From: Halarcobacter sp.
GTDB lineage: Bacteria; Campylobacterota; Campylobacteria; Campylobacterales; Arcobacteraceae
DNA: 64,000 bases
Assembly: GCA_048571215.1 (NCBI GenBank)
Contig: CP182352.1
Coordinates: forward strand, 1,664,001 to 1,728,000
Direction: 5' to 3'
How positions within the stretch are numbered: the stretch's first letter is position 1; the number at the start of each line of letters is the position of its first letter. The notes beneath the pieces are model-generated. The model saw only the letters and a list, made by a program, of their open reading frames with translations. It did no database searches and had not been told where the DNA came from. Below are positions 20,641-31,350 of the stretch, one piece after another. The position numbers and the translations under genes are program-made.

Positions 20641-22439
20641 AATCTTAAGGCACTTATACTAGCTTTTTGATTATTTTTAATTAGTGTGGCTAAAATATTT
20701 TGTTCTTGTTTATTTATAATTTCACTTTTTAATAATTCAGCTAAAATAGCTGTTACTGTTCTTTCTAATTTTGAAGATATTATTGTAATATTTATATCTT
20801 TTTTAAATAAACTTTTTAGTTTTATCTTATCTTCTAAACTCCATTTTAAGCCACTTTTTTTGGCTTTTCCTTTTTCAAGATTTTTATTTTCTCTTATTTG
20901 TTGTAATTGTTCAGTATCCATTTTTGATAAAACCACTTTTTGCTTATCACCTTCAAACTCATCTTTAATATCAGATATCCTTTTATCTATTAGTTTCTCT
21001 AACTTAGAACTCATTAGATAATGAAAATTTTCACTATCTTTTATAAGGGTATGTTTTGCTCGTGTTAGTGCCACATAAAAAAGATTGAACTCATCAACAA
21101 GCTCTTGATTTGAAAGTTTTTCTAACTCCTTTTGAAATTGTTTCAAAGTATCAAATCCCATATCAAAAATCAAATCTGCAAAATTTGGAAAATCATCTGC
21201 AACTATAACACTATCCCACTCTAAGCCTTTTGCAGTATGAGCAGTTGTTAAAAAAAGTATCTCATCTAATCTTTTTCCAAAGTTGTTCAGCTCTCTATTT
21301 TGCCAAGCTTTGTAAAATTTTTGAGCAATCTCTTTATATTCAAAAATCTGTTCTTGGTACTCTTTTACAACTTTTAGTGCAGTTCTTAGCTCAAAATCAT
21401 CTGTTTCTTTTGCATAGGATGCCAATTCATCTTCATCATTAAAACCTTTTAAAAAAGGGTTTTTTCTTATTTGATCAGATTCATTGTTTAGTAAATAATA
21501 TATTTCAATACTAAGAGTAAATATCTCTTCTGGATTTCTAACAGTTACGAAAGGTTTTCTTTGTTCTATTCTTTTTGATATTATAGATATAAGCTGAGCA
21601 TTTGTTCTTGATATATATCCAAAAGATTTATTATCTTTGTTGTTTTTACTAGATTTTATATTTACTTTTTCACCTTTGAAATTTGTAAGTAATATATTTG
21701 CATAGTTTGCAATTGTTTCATTGAATCTAAAACTTTGTGATAGATAAAGTTGTTTATCACAAGAGATTTTTTCAAGGGCATTTTTACTTCCCCTAAAAGA
21801 ATAGATTTGCTGATGTTTATCTCCCACATATATTTTAATCTTTGCACTTAGAGCATTAAAGATTCCTATAGTTACTTCATTTGTATCTTGGGCTTCATCA
21901 AGCATCACAATATCGTATTGAAATTGAGGTATTTGTTCTTTTGAGATAAGTAAATAGTAATATTTTAAATAAAAACTATGTGTTGGTTTTAAAACCCCGA
22001 TTAACATATGATCAAACATCTTTTTAGCTGTCTTATGTTCTAAATCATCTTCACTAATTTTATCTTGTGTGTTATTGCAAAAATTCTCAAAGATTTTTAA
22101 AGCACTTAAGGCTTTTTCATAAGCTATTTCAAACTCTTTTGCAATATCAATTGCACGATAATTACGCAATGAACTTAAATCTATATTTGTATATTTTTTT
22201 ATGGCACTATATGCTAAACCATGAGTTGTTTTTACATAAGTATTATTTGGAAAGATATTGCTAGCTTCATTTTTTATGGCACTATTAAAGGCAAGATACA
22301 ATATCTTTTTGTCATTAAACTTTTCAGATATATATCTAAGCGTAGTAGTTTTACCTGTACCTGCAAATGCATTTATTTTTATATTTTTATATTTTGCAAC
22401 TGCATCTATAATCTCTTTTTGCTCATTTGTTAAATTCAT
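20607..22439 (-). CDS. UvrD-like SF1 helicase; C-terminus altered by IS256
   Basis: AFAGTGKTT, DEAQD, VGDKHQQIY, AKGLEW, YVALTRA. Confidence 0.85.
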   Translation of the reverse strand: MNLTNEQKEIIDAVAKYKNIKINAFAGTGKTTTLRYISEKFNDKKILYLAFNSAIKNEASNIFPNNTYVKTTHGLAYSAIKKYTNIDLSSLRNYRAIDIAKEFEIAYEKALSALKIFENFCNNTQDKISEDDLEHKTAKKMFDHMLIGVLKPTHSFYLKYYYLLISKEQIPQFQYDIVMLDEAQDTNEVTIGIFNALSAKIKIYVGDKHQQIYSFRGSKNALEKISCDKQLYLSQSFRFNETIANYANILLTNFKGEKVNIKSSKNNKDNKSFGYISRTNAQLISIISKRIEQRKPFVTVRNPEEIFTLSIEIYYLLNNESDQIRKNPFLKGFNDEDELASYAKETDDFELRTALKVVKEYQEQIFEYKEIAQKFYKAWQNRELNNFGKRLDEILFLTTAHTAKGLEWDSVIVADDFPNFADLIFDMGFDTLKQFQKELEKLSNQELVDEFNLFYVALTRAKHTLIKDSENFHYLMSSKLEKLIDKRISDIKDEFEGDKQKVVLSKMDTEQLQQIRENKNLEKGKAKKSGLKWSLEDKIKLKSLFKKDINITIISSKLERTVTAILAELLKSEIINKQEQNILATLIKNNQKASISALRLRPFKNLCQVT

Positions 22440-22535
22440 AATGGAATATTATCTAAAAATATTAAATCTAAATAAAAATATTGCAAATTGTAAGATTAGA
22501 AAATATAGTCTACTCTTTATTTATATTTTAGGATT

Positions 22536-22799
22536 TTATTTTTTAGGTGGTGGCAATAAACTATTGAAATCATATGGTATTATATTTCTCTCCACCTCTT
22601 CAGAAAAATCATATAGTTTTATACAAATACCAAATAAAACAAACCATGCAAATGTTTTATTTATAATTGGTATGGAAAAAAACAAACCACAAATAACCCC
22701 TACTATACCGATAAGTAATAGATAGTTATGAATATTTTTTCTTTTTAGCAATCTATAATAGTGTTTTATTTTTTCTGTGAGTTTATTATATTCAAACAT
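22536..22799 (-). CDS. Small hypothetical membrane protein
   Basis: ORF with two hydrophobic segments. Confidence 0.55.
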   Translation of the reverse strand: MFEYNKLTEKIKHYYRLLKRKNIHNYLLLIGIVGVICGLFFSIPIINKTFAWFVLFGICIKLYDFSEEVERNIIPYDFNSLLPPPKK

Positions 22800-22940
22800 T
22801 TTATTTCCATTTTCTTATTTAGAGAATACTACTATTTAAAAGTTAGATTAATATAAATTTTTATCGTATCATTTATTATTAATTTTCAACTAATTTAGTA
22901 TTATCCAAATTTATAAAATATTTGCTAGATAAGTCTTGGA

Positions 22941-24173
22941 TTAATCTTTTTTTTCTTGTTCTCTTAATTTGTCTTTTTTGCTTTTTCTTTTACCTTTTAT
23001 TGGGGCATTTCCTTTTTGCTTTTTAGGTGGTGTTCCTCTTAATTCAAACCCTTTTATTTGCTCTCTTTGTAGTTTAAGATTAGATCTTTTTTCAATAAGA
23101 TTAAAATGATGAAAATCTTCATAATCAATAAAGGAGATAGCAAGTCCCGACTTCCCTGCTCTTCCTGTTCTTCCTATTCTGTGAATATAATCAGAAGTTG
23201 AACGGGGAAGATCAAAGTTTACAATACAAGATATATCATCTATGTCTAAACCCCTTGCAGCAATATCTGTAGCAAATAATATATTGATATCACCATTTTT
23301 AAAATCTTCTAGTGTTAAATTTCTCTCCTCTTGTTCTAAATCTCCATGAAAAGACAAGGCTTTAAAGCCGTATTTTCTAAACTTTAAAGATATATTCTCC
23401 GCTGATCTTTTAGTTGACATAAAAACAAGTACACTTTTGAGGTTTTGCTCTTTTATAATATATCGTAAAAGAGCACTTCTATTATGTTTATTTATCTCAA
23501 TCACTCTTTGTGTGATTTTATCAACTGTTAGTTCTTCAGACTTTATGTTTACTTTGATTGCATTAGTTGATATTTTAGAAGCTATGTCCAATATTTTTGG
23601 TGGATAGGTTGCAGAAAACATAAGGTTTTGACGTTTTTTTGGTATCTGTTCTAAGATAGAGTCAAGTTCTTGCGAAAAACCTTGATTTAACATCTTATCA
23701 GCTTCATCCAATACAAAAAACTCTAAAGTAGATAGCTGAATCTGTTTTTTACTTAAAATATCTAAAAGTCTACCCGAGGTAGCAACTACGATATCACAAC
23801 CTTGTTGTATATTATAAAGTTGTTCTCCTATACTCTCACCACCTATCAAACTAACTACCTTTAACTCTTTTTCGCAATTTTTAATAAACATATTAAAAGT
23901 TTGTGCTACTTGAAGAGTAAGCTCCCTTGTGGGAGTTAAAACCAAAGCTTTTATCTTGGCTTTTCCCTTTGATTTATTTTTAAATAAAGTTTGAATCATA
24001 GGCAATACAAAAGAAGCTGTTTTGCCACTACCTGTTTGGGCTTGTGCCATAATATCTTTTTGATTTAAAACAAAAGGTATCACTTTTTCTTGTATAGCAG
24101 TTGGTATTTTGTAGCCATTTTCTTCAATAGATTTTAATAAAAATGGTAAAAGATTTAGTTTTGAAAATGGCAT
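22941..24173 (-). CDS. DEAD-box RNA helicase
   Basis: AQTGSGKT, PTREL, DEAD, SAT, ARGLD, HRIGRTGRAG. Confidence 0.93.
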   Translation of the reverse strand: MPFSKLNLLPFLLKSIEENGYKIPTAIQEKVIPFVLNQKDIMAQAQTGSGKTASFVLPMIQTLFKNKSKGKAKIKALVLTPTRELTLQVAQTFNMFIKNCEKELKVVSLIGGESIGEQLYNIQQGCDIVVATSGRLLDILSKKQIQLSTLEFFVLDEADKMLNQGFSQELDSILEQIPKKRQNLMFSATYPPKILDIASKISTNAIKVNIKSEELTVDKITQRVIEINKHNRSALLRYIIKEQNLKSVLVFMSTKRSAENISLKFRKYGFKALSFHGDLEQEERNLTLEDFKNGDINILFATDIAARGLDIDDISCIVNFDLPRSTSDYIHRIGRTGRAGKSGLAISFIDYEDFHHFNLIEKRSNLKLQREQIKGFELRGTPPKKQKGNAPIKGKRKSKKDKLREQEKKD

Positions 24174-24304
24174 AAATTATCCTAATATTTTATTAGATTG
24201 AATTGTAGGGAAGTTTCACTTTAGTATTTATTTAATATATTTATAAAAGTAAAATAGCCTTTAATTTAAAAAATCAAGTAAACTAGTACCTGATTTTACA
24301 AAAA

Positions 24305-24514
24305 CTATTTTTTAGATTTTCTTCTTGAGGCTTTTGCTATTTTTGCTTTTTTCTTTGCTTTTGCTTTGTTTAAACTTGCAGCTTTTCTTGCATTTACTAC
24401 ATATTCTTTTGTAGTAGTATCTTTTGTAAATGCTTTTGGTGTTGCATTAGTTCTTAGTTCAACAAGATTCATTTTAGTGCTTTTTACACTGTTGTTATTT
24501 TGACTTTTGCCCAT
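24305..24514 (-). CDS. Small basic hypothetical protein
   Basis: Lys/Ala-rich ORF ending KASRRKSKK. Confidence 0.5.
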   Translation of the reverse strand: MGKSQNNNSVKSTKMNLVELRTNATPKAFTKDTTTKEYVVNARKAASLNKAKAKKKAKIAKASRRKSKK

Positions 24515-24678
24515 TTATAGCCCTAGTTTTTATTAAATTAGCTTTTAAAGGAGAGTTTACTTAAAATTGTATTCTATCTTAAAACTTTGAAATAATAGTT
24601 ATTTAAATATTAATATAAGCTTATGCTAAGATCTATCATCTCCCCAATTTCCCTAGATACTTCTATTTTAAATAGATA

Positions 24679-25026
24679 TTACAATTTACTATTTTTACCT
24701 AAACAAAAAAGAACTATTTTTCTTAGTTTCTTAATAAAAGGATATAAAAACTTCTTAAAAAATTGATTATCTTTGAAATACACTTTTTTTGTAGAAAGTC
24801 TATTTAAAAAAATAATTGCATCAGAGCCTTGATAGATTTTTTTTTCATCTACTTTTATAATAAAACCATCATTTATATCAAAACCTAGACTTTCAAACTC
24901 TTTTATTGCCTCTTTATCCTCTCGTGCATTTATAAGCATAAGTTTATGATTCTCTTTTATTTTTATATAGTTTGCATAATATTTACAAAAAGGGCACTCT
25001 TTGTCATAAAACAGTTCTATTTTCAT
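24679..25026 (-). CDS. DCC/DUF393 thiol-disulfide oxidoreductase-like protein
   Basis: YDKECPFC, YQGSDA. Confidence 0.75.
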   Translation of the reverse strand: MKIELFYDKECPFCKYYANYIKIKENHKLMLINAREDKEAIKEFESLGFDINDGFIIKVDEKKIYQGSDAIIFLNRLSTKKVYFKDNQFFKKFLYPFIKKLRKIVLFCLGKNSKL

Positions 25027-25046
25027 ACTAAATTATACAATATAAA

Positions 25047-25499
25047 TTACCATTTTGGTTCAAAGGCTACCCTATCTCCATCATCTGTTGTATACTCTTC
25101 TAGTGAGTTTTCTTTTGATTGAACTACCATATAAATCATAGTTTCATCTGAATCATTTCTAATACCTCTTATACCACTAGGTGCAACACGTATCACAGAA
25201 CCCTCTTTTATCTCAAAAAACTCCCCATCAACTTGAAAAAAGCCGTGACCTTTTAAAATAATATATGACTCTTCATTTTTATAATGTATATGAAAATAAG
25301 GCTGTTCTGTCTTAGGAGCCAAAGAGTTAAAAGATATTTCAGTACCAGTTGATTTTGTAGCCTCTTTTAAAAATACTTTACCCTCTATTTTGTTTTTATT
25401 AACTTTATGAATAAGTGAATATTCCATCAACTCATCTAAACTACCTAAATCAACTGCAGTGTAGTTTTTATCTTCTTTTATTTTTTCAATAGTTTTCAT
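25047..25499 (-). CDS. Cupin domain protein
   Basis: FHIHYKNEESY, GSVIRVAP. Confidence 0.8.
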   Translation of the reverse strand: MKTIEKIKEDKNYTAVDLGSLDELMEYSLIHKVNKNKIEGKVFLKEATKSTGTEISFNSLAPKTEQPYFHIHYKNEESYIILKGHGFFQVDGEFFEIKEGSVIRVAPSGIRGIRNDSDETMIYMVVQSKENSLEEYTTDDGDRVAFEPKW

Positions 25500-25618
25500 A
25501 TTTTATCCTTTTATTTTTCCTTGACTATTTAGTCAAGTATTTAAAATATTAGTATTTATAAACTGAAATTTTAATTAATGTTTGTATATAATCTTTTAAA
25601 TCAATATAAAGAATATAT

Positions 25619-26242
25619 ATGGAAGATTTTAATTTTTGGATTATTTATATTTTTACAGTTTTTGTAGCTTCAATTATCCCTGGTCCTAGTATGATATTAG
25701 CCTTAACCCATGGAATAAAACATGGTAGTAAATTATCTTTATATACAGCTTTTGGTAATAGTATTGCATCAATGATACAAGCAAGTGTTGCTATAACAGG
25801 TTTAGGTATTATTCTTACAACTTCCACAACACTATTTATGATAATAAAATATATTGGTGCTTTATATTTAATCTATCTTGGAATAAAACTATTTAAAACT
25901 CCATTTCATATAAAAGAAAATAAACAAAAGAATAAGAAAGTAAAAAAAATAAAACTTTTCAATGAAGCTTTTATAGTAGCGAGTTCTAATCCTAAAGCAT
26001 TAATATTTTTTACAGCTTTGTTCCCTCAGTTTATAAATGAAAATAAAAATAGCTTTTTACACTATTTTTTATTAGTTTTAATTCTAGGAATTATAGCTTT
26101 TGCTTGTATGATGATATACTCTATAAGTGCAAATAGCATAAAAACTCTGTTTAATAAAACATCCTTAAGTAACTATTTTGGGAAAATAATTGGAAGTTTA
26201 TTCGTAAGTTTTGGAATAGGATTAGCCTTTTCAAAAAGATGA
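25619..26242 (+). CDS. LysE/RhtB family exporter
   Basis: IPGPS, GALYLIYLG, SNPK. Confidence 0.85.
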   Translation: MEDFNFWIIYIFTVFVASIIPGPSMILALTHGIKHGSKLSLYTAFGNSIASMIQASVAITGLGIILTTSTTLFMIIKYIGALYLIYLGIKLFKTPFHIKENKQKNKKVKKIKLFNEAFIVASSNPKALIFFTALFPQFINENKNSFLHYFLLVLILGIIAFACMMIYSISANSIKTLFNKTSLSNYFGKIIGSLFVSFGIGLAFSKR

Positions 26243-26269
26243 AAAAATATATGCAAGTATTAATTAAAA

Positions 26270-26668
26270 CTACAAAGTACCACTTTTAATATACAAAAAA
26301 ACTAATAAGGCAAAATCAATAGTTAAATGCATGATTATTGTTAATTCTGCTCTATATCTAAAAGAACTATTATCAATTTGATTTTTAAATGCATCTGATA
26401 ATTCACTTTTTTTTACTTGTTGACAAATCTCTTTATGAATAGAAATACTTAACTTAGTTGAAGTCCATAACATTATCAAGTTTGCGGCAAAGAAAAACAA
26501 TAATCCAATTGCAATAAAGATTGGAGCATTATTTTTCAAACTCTCTTGGGCAGAATCTGTAAATAACCATCCACAAACGGCAAAAATAGCAACTGACCAA
26601 AAGGTCCAATATTGATTTATACGAGATTCAATAGTTTCTCTGAGATTAAATAGCTCTGACAATGTCAT
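26270..26668 (-). CDS. Hypothetical membrane protein
   Basis: ORF with three hydrophobic segments and RBS. Confidence 0.6.
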   Translation of the reverse strand: MTLSELFNLRETIESRINQYWTFWSVAIFAVCGWLFTDSAQESLKNNAPIFIAIGLLFFFAANLIMLWTSTKLSISIHKEICQQVKKSELSDAFKNQIDNSSFRYRAELTIIMHLTIDFALLVFLYIKSGTL

Positions 26669-26796
26669 TAAATCTTCCTTTTTTTATAATAATTTTTATT
26701 ATATCAAAAGTTTTAAAGTAAAATCAATGCTTATACTTTTTTTGAGAAAAACGCTCCAGAGCTTTAAAAGGTAAAACCTTCTAAAACCCTGTACTC

Positions 26797-27225
26797 TTAA
26801 GATTTTTTTCTTTGAAAAAAACTAAATGCACCAAAAATACCAAAGAGTATTCCTAAGGCACTTAAAATCCCAAGATACCTCTCAACTGGTAGTTTATCAA
26901 AATCTATAACTTTATAGTCATCTGATAATTCAATATTAAACTCTTTTTCATGATTGCCATGATCACTTGACATTGTTACTATTACATGCCACTTACCTGC
27001 ACTATCAGGCATAAAAGCAAAGTTACCATTTATATCTGTATAACCTTTTGCATATGGTAAATTTCCACCTGGGGCAAAAACTTTCACTTTTGCATCACTT
27101 ATACTAATATTATTGGCAGAGGTGATATGTACACTTACCCCTCCCTCTACTACATCATAAAAAAGTCCATGCCCAAATAATGAAATACTTGAAAGTAAAA
27201 AGGCAAAAAAACACTTCTTAAACAC
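26797..27225 (-). CDS. Exported/membrane protein, possible nickel/cobalt uptake accessory
   Basis: Signal peptide followed by His, GYTDINGNFAFMPD, C-terminal TM; overlaps the DUF4198 gene. Confidence 0.55.
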   Translation of the reverse strand: MFKKCFFAFLLSSISLFGHGLFYDVVEGGVSVHITSANNISISDAKVKVFAPGGNLPYAKGYTDINGNFAFMPDSAGKWHVIVTMSSDHGNHEKEFNIELSDDYKVIDFDKLPVERYLGILSALGILFGIFGAFSFFQRKKS

Positions 27226-27911
27226 TATTTTACCTCAAATGAAATACTACTTTGAATAGTTATATTATTAACGTTTGGATCATTTATTTCACTTGAATAG
27301 TATTTTGCTGCTATTATTTGTAATCCACTTGATTTTACGGGTATATATGCTATACCAAATTTATTTGTTTTTACATCTAAGTCTTCATAATCAGATGTTT
27401 CAAAACCTGCATTTTCTAAAGCTTCACCATCTTTTAAAACTAATACTGGTAATTTTTCACCTTTTTTTATTTTTAAGGGATTTATTAAAGGGATAACTTC
27501 CATACTCAAACCTACTGGATTTATAAATTTATCACTCCAAGTGAAATATCTTTTCCCATATTTAATACTTTTTAGAGTATTAAAAACTATCCCCTTATAT
27601 TTACTTGGTTCAATATTTTTATACCCTTCATCTGTTTTAGTCCAATACCCTGCATCAAAAGATAATGCTATCATAGAAGGTTTTTTTGCCATAAATAACT
27701 CTGAACCTTTTGAATAATCAATACCTGTTTTTATCTCTTGATTATTTTCATCATATGCAGTTGCACCTTTTAGTTGTTTTACATCAAAACTATCATATTT
27801 TCCATGAGCCCAAAACTCGGCACTATAAACATTGTTATCTAGTTTTGCTGTTATTTGATGTGCAAATACAAAGCTAGACGTAAGTATTGCTAATAAAATT
27901 ATTTTTTTCAT
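27225..27911 (-). CDS. DUF4198-like (metal uptake) periplasmic protein
   Basis: ATG at 27911 after GGAGA; AH after signal peptide; EVIPLINP, TNKFGIA. Confidence 0.65.
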   Translation of the reverse strand: MKKIILLAILTSSFVFAHQITAKLDNNVYSAEFWAHGKYDSFDVKQLKGATAYDENNQEIKTGIDYSKGSELFMAKKPSMIALSFDAGYWTKTDEGYKNIEPSKYKGIVFNTLKSIKYGKRYFTWSDKFINPVGLSMEVIPLINPLKIKKGEKLPVLVLKDGEALENAGFETSDYEDLDVKTNKFGIAYIPVKSSGLQIIAAKYYSSEINDPNVNNITIQSSISFEVK

Positions 27912-28211
27912 TGTCTCTCCTATTGATTTTGAAAGGAGTTTATCATGTGAAATATAAGCAACAAATGAAATTATTTTTTTCTTATGTACTTTTAGAATTA
28001 AATTTGATAACAATTACTAAAATTATCTAAACTTTAAAGCTTTTTTATAAGATATAAAAATTATTTTTATTAAAAGCTATCATTTATATTATCTCTAGAG
28101 TTTGTAAAATTAAGGTTATGAAAATATTAAGAAAGTGAGATAAGGAGTTTTTTCTATTTTTTAATTTGATATAATATTGAAACTTAATAATCACAAAATA
28201 AAAAGTAAAAA

Positions 28212-28841
28212 TTAACCATTAAATGCATCATTAAAATTATCTAAAGTGATAACCTCACCGCTAATCATACTATCAATATGAATACCACCAATTCTAACTC
28301 TTACTAGTCTTAAGGTAGCAAAACCAACAGCAGCGGTCATTTTTCTTATTTGACGTTTTTTTCCTTCACAAAGAGTGATAGAGATCCAACTAGTAGGACC
28401 ATGTTTTGGATGACGAATATTACGACCGCGAGCAGGAAGTTTTGGATCATCCTCTAGGCTAAATACTTTGCAAGGAAGGGTTAAATATTTACTCCCAGAG
28501 ACAGTAATCTCAACGCCATTTTGTAGCTGTGATATTGCATCTTCTGTAATCTTTCCATCAACTTGAACATAGTATTCTTTTTCTATACCCTTATCTCTTA
28601 TTTTATGGCTCATCATACCATCAGTTGTAAGTAACAATAAACCTTCAGAATCATGATCTAATCGCCCAATAGTCATAGTCTTATTAGGGAAGTTAAATAG
28701 CTCCCCTAATAACTTTTTATTCTTTCGTTTTTCGGGTACAAACTGACTTAAAAAGCCATATGGTTTAAATATCTTAAAATGTTGGTGATTTTGTACCACC
28801 TCAGAAAGTTCTATTGAATTGTTTTGTTTAGTGTTTAGCAT
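28212..28841 (-). CDS. RsuA/RluE-family pseudouridine synthase
   Basis: KPYGFLSQF, GRLDHDSEGLLLLT, EGKKRQIRKMTAAVG. Confidence 0.85.
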   Translation of the reverse strand: MLNTKQNNSIELSEVVQNHQHFKIFKPYGFLSQFVPEKRKNKKLLGELFNFPNKTMTIGRLDHDSEGLLLLTTDGMMSHKIRDKGIEKEYYVQVDGKITEDAISQLQNGVEITVSGSKYLTLPCKVFSLEDDPKLPARGRNIRHPKHGPTSWISITLCEGKKRQIRKMTAAVGFATLRLVRVRIGGIHIDSMISGEVITLDNFNDAFNG

Positions 28842-28848
28842 TAAATAT

Positions 28849-29262
28849 TTATTTGATGTTACATTCTTTATTAAACATTTTAGCTAAACTATCTCTTTGT
28901 AAATCTGCTTTCATCAACCTTTGATATTCTGCTTCATCATTATTCTTTTTGGCTTCAACTTTTGCCATAAATAATTGATAAGAATATATTGAATCATAAA
29001 CAAATAATTTTTTATCAATTTTATCTATCACTAATGCAGCACAATCACAATATTCTAACTCTTTTTTATTTTTAGCTTGTTTTTTACAAGTGCTTTTAAA
29101 CATCTTCTTTGATTTTTCAATTTGTCCATTTTTTAACATCTGTTCATACATCTCTTGATTTGCTTTGATTTTATAAAACTTATCTATATTCATAGATAAA
29201 ATGTCATTTCCAAAACATTGTAACGATACAAAAGCTATAAGAATTAAATATTTTATACCCAT
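28849..29262 (-). CDS. Hypothetical exported protein
   Basis: Signal peptide, CDC motif. Confidence 0.6.
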   Translation of the reverse strand: MGIKYLILIAFVSLQCFGNDILSMNIDKFYKIKANQEMYEQMLKNGQIEKSKKMFKSTCKKQAKNKKELEYCDCAALVIDKIDKKLFVYDSIYSYQLFMAKVEAKKNNDEAEYQRLMKADLQRDSLAKMFNKECNIK

Positions 29263-29432
29263 TATTTTCCTTTTATTTTATACTTTAAAACAAGAGTATA
29301 ATACCACATACCAAGTTTAACTATTATAGTATCTTTTTGAGACTTAAATATCTTTATTAAAATAATAAAAATAGAAATAAAAAGATTTAATCTTTTACTT
29401 AAAAAAGTATTTTAAAGGCAACTTTTGAACTA

Positions 29433-29630
29433 TCAATTTTCTTTTCTCTTATTAATATTCTTTAAAAACTTTATTCCAAATATAATAGGAATTAGTGCAA
29501 TTAAAATTTGAATACCGCTTACAAAAAGTATTTTTTGAATAGGCCAATTATTTCCCATTGCACCAATAGCACTTAATAAAATTCCTACACCAAACGCGAT
29601 TAGTATAATTCCTATAGTTTTATTTGACAT
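29433..29630 (-). CDS. Small two-TM hypothetical protein
   Basis: ATG at 29630 after GGGAA. Confidence 0.5.
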   Translation of the reverse strand: MSNKTIGIILIAFGVGILLSAIGAMGNNWPIQKILFVSGIQILIALIPIIFGIKFLKNINKRKEN

Positions 29631-29965
29631 TCTATTTTCCCCTTTACATGAATATATATAATATTTAAAATGAGAAATCAAAAACCACGCAAGTTTTTGT
29701 TTATTTTCCTTTTTAATTATTATATATTTTCATAGTATTTACAATGCAATAACAATTAAAATCAAAAGTGAGAAAACAATACTCTGACTTTGCTACTAAT
29801 AATATCCAGTCGAAAGATATCAAATCCTTTTTCTTTTGCATAATCAGTTTCATCATCTTTTGATACGTATGTATATTTTATATCTAAAAATACTTAATAA
29901 TAATATTAAATATATAATTACTATATAAAGACTTTTTTAAATTTACATTTTTAAGTAGTAATTTC

Positions 29966-30082
29966 ATGGCAAAAAAATTATTAGAAGTAATGAGAGTAAT
30001 GAAAAATAAAATTCATCCTATTAAGAATAATTTATGTCCCCAATTGTATAGCATATCGGGGGCAATACCGGTGCATTATTAA
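29966..30082 (+). pseudogene. IntI N-terminus-like stub (MAKKLLEVMR...)
   Basis: First ten codons resemble the other stubs, then unrelated sequence. Confidence 0.45.
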
Positions 30083-30093
30083 ATTGCCAATTA

Positions 30094-31350
30094 TTAAGGT
30101 TTTTGCCAGTGACCAGTAATAGTAATCATGGAAAGTAATTTTAAAGTATTACCATAATAGTCTTCTTCATTGATAGATTTTTGATTTATATCCAACCACA
30201 AATCATCAAGCCATTCTTGGTTAGATTTATCTATTGTAGCAGCTACAGCAAACATTGATACAAAAGCCATTGAATCAAAGCCACTCTCTTCTGAATGTTT
30301 ACCATCCAAAGTATAAGTATCTGCAATATTCTTAGGGTCACCACCACTAGCTTTTTTGATCCAGTCATTAATTGGTACTAAAGCATCATATGCTCTTTGC
30401 TCATTGTAAAGTATATAATCAAGGGCAATACGCCAAGGGTAACGAACCGCATTCCAAGAGTACTCACCATCACTCTCACCCTCAATAAAATTAGCTTCTG
30501 CTGGTCGAGGATTATCAGAAACATCAACAATAAAGTCAGGAATTAAAGACGTATTCTGGCTGAAAGAATCACGAATATGATTTATGATTAAATAGGTTTG
30601 ATCCCTCACTAGATACCAACTATTATCTTCACTACTGTCAGCAAATGCTTTAAAATGTGAAACCATAAAATCGGAAGATCTCGTTGTTTGAGAATATTGA
30701 CCATCATCAACACGATCAACCCAGTCACCGATACGCACAAATTGATTTATAGGATCAATTTCCAACTGTTTAATTGCTGAAATAACCTTATCTGCCTCGT
30801 CTTTATAATTAATATCACCGGTACTCCCCCATTTACTATCAGCTAATAAAAGTGCATATGCAATATCGAGATCACCATCAGTAGCGCTATTATCTCCACC
30901 AACATCTTCACCTGCATTCTCACATGTTCTCAATTGATTCCAAGCCATTAAGCCTGGATTTGATTTTGCTGGATGGTCATGAAAAAAATACACCATACCA
31001 TTAAATATTTCTTGTGCATCAGGATCAAAACCCGCCATCATCACAGTAATCAACATACCATAACCATGTCCTTCAGAAATACTAAGCGTTGAATCTGCAG
31101 TTCCACCTTCTACAGCTTTACCATCTCCTGCTACATCAACATAATAGCGCCCTTCCCCACATCCTTGACGTAAATAAGTTGCTTTCCATTGTTGATAGAA
31201 GCCAATCAGCTGAGTATCGAGTTCTGCTTGTTCATAAGTAGGTTTAATAACTTCTAATTGTTTGCTATCACCTTGATTCATACTACCACCACATGCCACC
31301 AATACAAAACTTATTAAAACACTTATTAATATTTTATAGAAAATTTTCAT
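30094..31350 (-). CDS. Glycoside hydrolase family 8 lipoprotein
   Basis: Lipobox LVAC, SEGHGYGM, SATDGDLDIAYALLLA, WNAVRYPWR. Confidence 0.85.
   Translation of the reverse strand: MKIFYKILISVLISFVLVACGGSMNQGDSKQLEVIKPTYEQAELDTQLIGFYQQWKATYLRQGCGEGRYYVDVAGDGKAVEGGTADSTLSISEGHGYGMLITVMMAGFDPDAQEIFNGMVYFFHDHPAKSNPGLMAWNQLRTCENAGEDVGGDNSATDGDLDIAYALLLADSKWGSTGDINYKDEADKVISAIKQLEIDPINQFVRIGDWVDRVDDGQYSQTTRSSDFMVSHFKAFADSSEDNSWYLVRDQTYLIINHIRDSFSQNTSLIPDFIVDVSDNPRPAEANFIEGESDGEYSWNAVRYPWRIALDYILYNEQRAYDALVPINDWIKKASGGDPKNIADTYTLDGKHSEESGFDSMAFVSMFAVAATIDKSNQEWLDDLWLDINQKSINEEDYYGNTLKLLSMITITGHWQKP

Noticed and set aside
28000..28020. Fur-box-like sequences (tgataacaatt here; tgataatcgttatt near 14172)
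   Set aside because: Weak matches in very AT-rich DNA; not supportable without a motif scan.
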